From positions 634,911-698,910 of the forward strand of contig NW_005434673.1 in the NCBI RefSeq assembly GCF_000315625.1: a stretch of DNA of 64,000 nucleotides. Reading direction: 5' to 3'. A program made the position numbers and the translations under genes. Shown in pieces: positions 55,504 to 64,000 of this stretch. The number at the start of each line of letters is the position of its first letter. Position 1 is the first letter of the stretch. Source of the stretch: Guillardia theta CCMP2712. Its lineage: Eukaryota > Protista > Cryptophyta. The notes beneath the pieces were generated by a model, which did no database searches, was not told where the DNA came from, and was given only the letters and a program-made list of their open reading frames with translations.

Positions 55504-55647
55504 CTTTTTCTGTTGAATTGTTCGGATAGCTAGAATAAAGAATTGGAAGAAAAAAAGGGTTTGATTGAGCAGGTTGAAGAGGGGAGTAGCTCTACGGAGT
55601 AGCTCTACGGAGTAGCTCTACGGAGTAGCGAGTTGTAGTAGTGAGTT

Positions 55648-56248
55648 ATGGTTGACTTTGTGGAGGAGCTTCGCGGTATCATGTGCTCGAGCTCGCTGGT
55701 GAATGATCTGGATAAGAGTGTGTTGGAGAAGTGCGAGTGTGGATGCAGCTATGATCATTTCAAGGATTACTGCTGCAACAAGGGGTTTGAAGTGATTGGG
55801 GACGACACTCAGTACAAGCGTTACTTCTCGCAGTGTAAGGAGAATGCTGAGAAAGTGGGCGATCAAGGTGCACGGGAGCATGATGCAGGTTGTGAACGAG
55901 GTGAAGTCGATCCATCAGCTTGTTGATAATTTGCAGACGCAAGGGAAGGACAAGATTCACAAGCTTTGTATCGAGGTGATGGCGAGCTCAGCTCCTCCTG
56001 TGCGGAAGCGGAATGGCTGGTACATGTGCTCTATCTCTGGCACGCGGAGCGATTCGTGCATTGAAGTCGGGCGTAAAGGGAAGGAAGGGTCTTGTATTCT
56101 TATCCACCAGAAGTTCACGCCGTTTGTGCTCTGCATGTGGTTTGCGTGTAAGATCGGCCGTCTCCATCATTTGTCTTCTCTTGTAATTGTCCTTATGCAT
56201 GCAGGCACAATACTTTGCCGGAACAAAGGCAACGAGTACGAAACGTAA
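55648..56248 (+). pseudogene. Cys-rich hypothetical protein with a probable 1-nt frameshift near 55838
   Basis: Overlapping ORFs 55648-55926 and 55796-56248 join into one plausible protein (..YFSQC-RRMLRKW..CSISGTRSDSCIEVG..FVLCMWF). Confidence 0.55.
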
Positions 56249-56301
56249 ACTTTGGAGGCATTTTTTTTATTATCAGCTCTAAGCTTAGCCTATAGATATG
56301 C

Positions 56302-56775
56302 CTATATCAGTCTCGTGATGTGATGCGGGCGCGGGGGCGGGTAGAGTGGGACAACCTTCGGCATCGGAATCGGGGTCATTACACCATCGCCGTTCTCATC
56401 CACACCGACATGCATGAACCGCTGCTCGGGGTCTTGAAGGGGTATGACGTTCTCCGGGATCATATTCACGGTCATATTCACGATGGGGAGTTCGATATCT
56501 TCATCGAAATCATCATACTCATCGGATTCTTCCATATCTTCGTTTTCGGATGACTCTTCAGACCCGGATTCGTTACTGTAAAATGGCTCTTCACCCTGCT
56601 CAACTGGGGCAGGCCCGGGATTCATCGAGCGGTTGATTAAGCTGCCCCTATACTCGAAAGGAATATAAGGAAACATAAATCTAGGTGTATAAGTTTCATT
56701 TGCAAGGGCTCTTGCGAGCTCTGCGGCCACCGCGGCGCCATCCCCTCCGTTCCCGCTCGTAGAAGTTCGCGCCAT
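56302..56775 (-). CDS. Hypothetical acidic/Pro-rich protein
   Basis: Open frame from ATG 56775 (MARTSTSG); divergent from the 57208 gene. Confidence 0.55.
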   Translation of the reverse strand: MARTSTSGNGGDGAAVAAELARALANETYTPRFMFPYIPFEYRGSLINRSMNPGPAPVEQGEEPFYSNESGSEESSENEDMEESDEYDDFDEDIELPIVNMTVNMIPENVIPLQDPEQRFMHVGVDENGDGVMTPIPMPKVVPLYPPPRPHHITRLI

Positions 56776-57207
56776 GCTTTTCCTCTGCCCGTCCGTTTCG
56801 CGCCAAATCTTATAATAGTCTTTTAAAGTACCGTTAAAGGTCACGGGGCGCTGTCAGCATGGTCACGTACAGTCAAACCGACCACCCCTTATTTTCATAG
56901 TCAATAAAAGTGATATTTTAAATCTATGGGGTACTGTCAGCCATTGCACGTCAACCACCCCCTACCACCCCCTGTTTTGACCATTTGAAATCTTTTTGGG
57001 TGTATGGGTGGGGTAGGTGTCGGAATTTAAATTTACTTATATATGACCACCCCCATGGGTTAAGCTTTTACTACCCCTTATCCTACCAGTCATCACCGCC
57101 AATGAGTATGGTGGGGGTGGTAATGCGTCCCCCTGTTCCCCCTTACTTAAACGCCGCGGCAAACCTCTGGAGTCCATTTGCCACGCGCCACGGCACCAAG
57201 GTTGGAA

Positions 57208-59603
57208 ATGAGCGCCGTAGGGGATGTCGGGGCGGTTAAGTATAACCTCGATGGTTTCATTCTTGATGATATGTTCCTGAAGAATATGTCGGAACTTTAT
57301 GAAGGTATTCTGAAGCCAATTGCAGATATCAATTTCGAGGAACAGTACAGTATCGTGAAGTATCTGGTTAACGAATTGTCTCAGAAGAGAAAAAATGCAT
57401 CAGATAACAAGGTAGATGACGACAAGTACATGGCAGCTACCATTGCCTTCGAGATGATCCAATATGTAATCGATACGTGTGACTACAAGTTGGGTGAACG
57501 AATGAAGGATTTGAAGTACAGGAGGGATGAAAAATCGGTCAGTGAGCTTGACAAACTGAAAAATTTGAAGTTCAACCTCAAATACGTCAACAAGAAGGGG
57601 TTTGTTGCTTACCAATGCAACGAAAAGTTGGAGGTCATCTATCACAAAGACCAAGAATCAAGGAATACGTTTTGTTTCCTGAATGATTTCATGTTCGCTA
57701 TGATGGAACTAAGAGAACACGACGACCTACAGTATAATCCTGTTTGTGGAAATGGGAATGAGTATGATAGGTCTGAATGGGAACACATGCTGGTATGCAA
57801 CGAATGTTTCAATGCCAACATCAAGAAGGTTTTGGCTTTCATGAAGAAGATCATTGGTCAAGCGTACAGTAAGATCATGGAATTTCCACTGGAACAGATA
57901 AGGTTTTACCTGAAGTTGTTTGATGTTTTCATCATCCCTTGCAAAACTCTCTTGGAATGTTACAATTTCAAATCTGGGAAGTTTTCTTCTTTTGAGTTTA
58001 TGAACTTCAAGAGCTTCTACTACAATATCATGCAACATCATGATAATCCCACTCAATTGGAATGTCTTCAATGTCATGAATACTTCAGCATTATGGGTAT
58101 CTACGACATTCTCTTTCTTGATACTGCCAAAAAAAGCAACGATTACAGGATGCTCAGGAATGAAATCATAGGGAAGAATGATGAGATGAAACAGCTTGTG
58201 GATGAATTGCCATCATACAAAGCAATCATAGATCAGTGGGAATCGAAGAAGATCAAGTATGACGTCTGCAGTCTTTTCGAACATTTCAACACTGTGAAAG
58301 ATATTTTATGCGTTCACGGAGGTATGAATGATTTGTTCACCAGACAAGCATTCCAGGAGCTTTGTTTGCCTATCCTGAGGTCTTTGGATGCAGTGTTGAA
58401 TGGAAACAAGGACACGTTGCAAACATCTCTGAAAGATGTGTATGATCCGGTCATTGCGAACATTGTAGCGTGCATTGATGGCAAGTGTATCCAAGAACAC
58501 ATTAAGACCATTGAGAAGCTCAGAGATGAAGGAGTGCAGTCTTTAATCATGAAGGAGTGTGGTCAGGAGACTAAAGGATTCATGTACCAGTTTAATGAGC
58601 CGGAGTTCGTTGAAGTGTACGATTTGGTTAGAGCCATCATCAAGCTCAACGAGGATTATCACAGTGGGTTCAACCAGTTCGTTTGCTGTGACCAAGGCAC
58701 TGGCAAGAATGGTGAATTGGTGGCCGAGTACAAGATGATTCATCCTCTGATGCCTTTGTTGCACTTCAGATTCAAACTGGATGAGTTTGATTGGGTGGGC
58801 CTCTTGAAGAACGTCATGTCTACAAGCGCCGAGTTCTTTTCTGTCTGGAAGGAACAATTGAAGGCACAAACGGGTTCCATTCCTATGATGATGGATATTG
58901 TGATGTATCCGATTAAGTTCTTGATGACCTTCATGCACTCAATCGTGGAGCCTGAGCTGGATAGCAAGTACACCGATGAAATGGAAAAGTATGTTTGTGC
59001 GATCCAGACTTTTTTGAATGATGTCCATTCAATCATTGAATTTCGAAAAGTTCCACCGGGATACAATGACATGGTTGAGAAGATCAAAGTGATCCGTCAA
59101 GAGATTGAAAGGCGAAATGTTCAATTTGAACGTTTCAGAAAGAATTTTATGGAAGATATCAAGGAGATTCAAGGAAATATCCAGGCAATCAACCAAGACC
59201 AAGAGATCGAAGCTCAGGACAAGCAGTTTGAAGCAGAGATCCAGGCAATCAACCAAGACCAAGAGATCGAAGCTCAGGACAAGCAGTTTGAAGCAGAGAT
59301 CCAGGCAATCAACCAAGACCAAGAGATCGAAGCTCAGGACAAGCAGTTTGAAGCAGAGATCCAGGCAATCGACCAAGACCAAGAGATCGAAGCTCAGGAC
59401 ACCGACAATCAAGCAGTCAAGGTAAGGAAATTGATGATGTGTCAGTGTAATATATTGATTCTTTGATTTTACAGAAAAAGACAATGAAACGGAGAGTTGG
59501 TGGCATCGAAATCGACAACATTAGAACTGAAGGAAAGAGACTGCGCGTTGCCACTCCAGCCATGCAGGCATGGAGGGAGAAAATTCTGAAGAAGAGGAAT
59601 TGA
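57208..59603 (+). CDS. Large AT-rich hypothetical protein with 20-aa tandem repeats and a spliced basic tail
   Basis: ORF from ATG 57208; 60-bp repeats (IQAINQDQEIEAQDKQFEAE) x3.7; GTAAGG..TTTACAG intron 59422-59474 joins in frame to KKTMKRRVGGIEIDNIRTEGKRLR..KKRN-TGA at 59603. Confidence 0.8.
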
Positions 59604-60075
59604 TTTGTGTGTGTGTTTTAGTATCTGTGAATCAGGATACTGTGTGGGTGTTCTATGTGATACTCTGTGTGTGATTTTGATAAGTAAACTACTTTAACAA
59701 CCTAAAGTGTTTGCATCAAGAACATGTATCCAAAGCTATGTGAAACGATATAAAAAACGAGCGTGAAAACGCGTATCTAAGAAGGAGAGTGGGAAGGAGT
59801 TTCATTCACTGACAGAGCCGCTGATGCTTTCATGAGCGTTGATGTGTTGCACCGGTTGTGAAGTGTATGATAAACGCAACGCTTCAAAAAATTTGCATGG
59901 GGAAAAGCAATTGTTGAGTACACAAAATCACTCAATGAGCGGCTCGTACTTAGCTTGTATGCCGTAAAAGCAGCTTGTATGCCGTAAAAGCACTCAGGGA
60001 GCGTCTGGTACTTAGTTTGTATGCGTAAAAGCACTCAGGAGATGAACGGTTCGTATTTAGTTTGTGAGTGAATGC
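59038..60075 (+). repeat. Direct repeat copy 2 (1038 bp)
   Basis: Same as 53061-54078 plus a 20-bp local duplication near 59971-59990. Confidence 0.95.
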
Positions 60076-61154
60076 ATAGTCTCTTCCCTGAAGTTAATGT
60101 CGGTGCTCGATGCACGACATGTTCAATAGTCAGGCTAGTTGAATGCCATATTTCTCGTAGCGGTAGAAATGTACCCACATGCCCTGACAACATCATGCTG
60201 TGCAAACAGAAAGACTGCAGCAGTCTCTTTTCGAGGCAGGGCGTCTTTCGCCGCCTGCTGCGGGAGCAGCCGTCCCGTCTCCTGCAGACCCTCCCGGTAT
60301 CTGCAGGCATCGATGACAACAAGGAAACAGACTGAGAGTCACAGTGTAGTCCTCTACCTCCTCCTCTGTCTCCATCGTCCCTACCTCACAGGGGATCAGG
60401 TCGTCTTCTTTGGCCCTTCCTGCCTTCATCCCATGGCCAGCGTAGAAGAGGACGACTAGCCTCCTCAGCTCTTGGTGCCAGCCTAGTCGCATCCCTGATA
60501 GCGTTTTCCAGCTTGCACGTACTTGTCCGCTCTAGTATGCAGAGGCCGAACACCCGGGGCGGCTCCAGGAACAGAATCTCCTGATGGAGAGGAGACTGCA
60601 GGAAGCCCGTTCCTCTAGCGCACAGTGACGGGATGCTGTTGAGGAAGAAACGTCATGCGACATAAATGACTAGAGGATGCGCATAACAGTGAGTATTCAT
60701 AACAGTGAGCATTGAGGGATTTCTCTGTGGATTCAAATATCCTCTGTGAGGAGATACTACGGATACGAAGGGGGTAGGGTGGTGGAGGGGGGAACTTCTG
60801 TACCAGGAAACCTCTCTTTTGTACCAATATGTTTTCATACAGTACAATCTATACTACCATGTATGTGATGGGTAAAACTAAAATTGCAGTACCTCTAAAA
60901 CCAACTGGCGGGGGAAGGGTTCCACGCCAGAGAAATTCAAATCACCCCACCCCGCTTTTGTCCAGTCTCTCTACCCCCCCCTTTGATCGGTGAAAACAGG
61001 GGGTAGTCAACAGGGAGTGTATATACGGACCCCATGTGAACCCCCAAAAAAGTAGAAAAAAAAAGACCAGATTTGCTAGGGGCTGCATATGGGTTTGTGA
61101 ACCGTGCATGTGGAGCTAGGGCTGTGGCATGCATAACTGGAGCTACTTCTGGAT

Positions 61155-61697
61155 CGGCGAACAAGGTACTACTGCACAACAATCTTCAAATGCCTTGAAA
61201 CGGATGTTTCAAATCTCGCGGCAGCAATCTCTGGTCACAAGTTCTTTACGGTTCAAAATTTATCTTTTGGTCTTCAAATGCCGGCGGGCACGCTCTCTCT
61301 CTCTCTCTCTCTCTGTTATCTGAACTCCGAAGTTCTCTCCTCAGACTCTCTTATCTTATCCTCCTTCTCTCGTCATTGCATCAGCTCGCCAGGCATCTCC
61401 CTTATCTCTGCACTGCACATCTAATAGCCCTGCATGAAAATCTTCTTCAGAATGGACAATCCTTGAATCGTTATTGCCCACTCAGCATGACTGTGAACTT
61501 GACGTTGTATCATCGTATCTTGACTTGGATCTGCTGACATTCTTGTTTGCGTGACTTTCTGACGTCCGATGTACGATTCCAGGAAGTCGGGGGGAGGATG
61601 GAACGTATGCCAGCCGTGCCAGTCAGATAGCGCCGAGTTAACAAAAACTCTCCTGTAAACCAAGACGACTTACGTGTTCAAGGCGGCAATGTAGTAC
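61155..61697 (+). repeat. Partial forward copy of the ~1.07-kb repeat unit
   Basis: Reverse complement of 62087-62486 and 63085-63183; overlaps the start of the 51580 copy in sequence. Confidence 0.85.
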
Positions 61698-61698
61698 G

Positions 61699-62086
61699 NN
61701 NNNNNNNNNNNNNNNNNNNNNNNNNNNNNNNNNNNNNNNNNNNNNNNNNNNNNNNNNNNNNNNNNNNNNNNNNNNNNNNNNNNNNNNNNNNNNNNNNNNN
61801 NNNNNNNNNNNNNNNNNNNNNNNNNNNNNNNNNNNNNNNNNNNNNNNNNNNNNNNNNNNNNNNNNNNNNNNNNNNNNNNNNNNNNNNNNNNNNNNNNNNN
61901 NNNNNNNNNNNNNNNNNNNNNNNNNNNNNNNNNNNNNNNNNNNNNNNNNNNNNNNNNNNNNNNNNNNNNNNNNNNNNNNNNNNNNNNNNNNNNNNNNNNN
62001 NNNNNNNNNNNNNNNNNNNNNNNNNNNNNNNNNNNNNNNNNNNNNNNNNNNNNNNNNNNNNNNNNNNNNNNNNNNNNNNNNNNNNN
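61699..62086. other. Assembly gap
   Basis: N run. Confidence 1.
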
Positions 62087-63183
62087 GACTGGCACGGCTG
62101 GCATACGTTCCATCCTCCCCCCCGACTTCCAAGTCAAGATACGATGATACAACGTCAAGTTCACAGTCATGCTGAGTGGGCAATAACGATTCAAGGATTT
62201 GTCCATTCTGAAGAAGATTTTCATGCAGGGCTATTAGATGTGCAGTAAAGAGATAAGGGAGATGCATAGCGAGCGGATGCAATGAAGAGAGATAGAGTAA
62301 AGATAAGAGTGTCTGAGAAGAGAGAAGATAAAAGAGAAGACGAGAGAAGTTTGCTCGCCAGCATTTGAAGACCAAAAGATAAATTTTGAACCGTAAAGAA
62401 CTTGTGACCAGAGATTGCTGCCGCGACATTGGAACATCCGTTTCAAGGCATTTGAAGATTGTTGTGCAGTAGTACCTTGTTCGCCGAGTTCCATTTGATC
62501 CTACTCAAAGATCAAGAAAATAAGAATCGAATTAGCTCCGACAACTGTGTTTCCGACACAGTTCAGATATTCGACCGACCAATCTGGCTGGGAAAGGCTT
62601 GTTTTTCCTATTCAAGTTCGAAGATCAATCAAACAAATTGTGGCTGGGATGAGAGGCCTAAACAACTTGCGGCTAGAGAGAGAGCCTGATTGAAGCCTCG
62701 GAGAAGAGTCATCCGAATGTGTAATGCTTGATAGAATTGCATGAACTTTCAACAGTAACGAAACAATACCAAGAAAGAAAAATCTCCAGTAAACAATTCA
62801 ACTAACCGAATATAAGATCAACATGATTGAGCATGTAATCGAGGCTCATAACCGACGGAATACAAGTTTGTTAGACTTGTACTAGTCCAAAGTCACGCAG
62901 ATATCACATCGATCTTAGTTGTAACAAGACAGTTTTTGCTCAAGACCAAGTTTAATGCACATAAAACCAGAATTGAGGAGCACATGAGAGATAGACTGTA
63001 TGCTAGGATGTGAAACCCAAGCATCCAGACATGCTGAGAGGACCTTAGCAAGACGGCTAGGAAAGCCCCCTCTTCGTCCCACACGCTACATTGGCCGCCT
63101 CGCCACGTAAGTCGTCTTGGTTTACAGGAGAGTTTTTGTTAACTCGGCGCTATCTGACTGGCACGGCTGGCATACGTTCCATC
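62087..63183 (-). repeat. Slightly more than one full copy of the ~1.07-kb repeat unit; right inverted arm
   Basis: GACTGGCACGGCTGGCATACGTTCCATC occurs at ~62087 and ~63156, giving the period. Confidence 0.85.
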
Positions 63184-63217
63184 ACCTCCTTACCTCGATT
63201 CCTCCTTTCCGTAGCAC

Positions 63218-64000
63218 TCCGCGGCCGCCAGCTTTGTGGCGGCAGCGGACGTCTCGACTGACAGTGGTCATTCCTCCTGCATGCTCCTGCTGCTTGTTGC
63301 TTGTTGCTTGATTGCTTGACCCTTCGGCTGCTTGCGATGCCGGGTCTGCTGACGGTTGCCAGAAGTGCTGGTTATTTTCGGGCTTGTGTTTTGTGTGTGT
63401 TTGTGACGCTTCTCGCTGTGCGCTGTGTGCGTGCCTCAAGCAAAGCAAAGCAGGAACAAGCTAAACCGGCTGCCAGGAGGTTTAGCTTGTTCCTGTTTTG
63501 TTTTGCTTGAGGCACTTTTTACCTTCTGCCAGTAAATCCGTCACCCTTGTTTTGTGTGTGATTGTGCCGCTTCTCGCTGTGGCGCTGTGTGCAAGCAGAG
63601 TTTCGGTCGGGTCCCGCCGGTCCTTGGGCATTGCCGCGGCGTCGCCGCCGCCACGGGCGGTGTTGGTCTCGGCTACCGCTGACTCGGAGGCTAGCGAGGA
63701 AGACTACCTCGAGCGGTACCGTGTTCCTGTGTCCAGCCTCCCTCCGTCCGCTGCCCCAGGCGGACCCCCGGGCAACGCCGGCTCCTTGTCGGCGGCTGCC
63801 CTTTCTTCGTCCGCGGCCGCCCGCTTTGTGGCGGCAGCGGACGTCTCGACTGACAGTGGTCAGTCGGCTGCCTCCGGGTATCGCGTCTAAGGGATTTCTT
63901 CCTCCTGCATGCTCCTGCTGCTTGTTGCTTGATTGCCTGGCCCTTCGGCTGCTTGTCTGCGCGGCTTCGCGCTTGGGCTGGCGCTGCCGCGTCTGGGTGC
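63218..64000 (+). mobile_element. Further mosaic of 3' fragments of the same CRE-like retrotransposon
   Basis: Matches 50065-50468 and 49849-50330; terminus at ~63476-63539 and an inverted terminal piece at 63431-63470. Confidence 0.9.

Noticed and set aside
53061-60075. LTR retrotransposon (1-kb direct repeats)
   Set aside because: Repeats begin in mid-ORF, lack TG..CA ends, and no gag/pol lies between them
51580-63183. Autonomous Polinton or virophage
   Set aside because: No recognisable pPolB, integrase, packaging ATPase or capsid; arm ends are not symmetrical

Overview
Eukaryotic nuclear DNA with many short GT-AG introns, often filled with microsatellites. The gene style (short introns, RWP-RK fragment, plastid-type targeting peptide, CCCTAAA telomere motif) suggests an alga with a secondary plastid, most likely a cryptophyte such as Guillardia theta; this is an inference. 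Bases 1-45 kb are gene-dense: a Cdc15/Cdc7-like kinase, a SETD7-like MORN+SET methyltransferase, a signal-peptide TPR+GT41 transferase, an NlpI-like TPR protein, a MAP3K followed by WD40 exons, a GT2 transferase, a PDZ/coiled-coil protein, a SNF2/BRM ATPase, a LamG/EGF/Cys-rich extracellular protein, a giant coiled-coil protein and OGFOD3. Bases 46-64 kb are an accessory region. It holds a mosaic of a CRE-like (RT + CCHC + restriction-like endonuclease) non-LTR retrotransposon whose own 3' terminus is inserted repeatedly into its body. Between retroelement pieces lies an ~11.5 kb AT-richer island bounded by inverted copies of a ~1.07 kb repeat. The island carries a terminally redundant 5,977-bp unit of compact, mostly intron-less, possibly virus-derived genes. 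Spliced gene boundaries were read by eye and are approximate.
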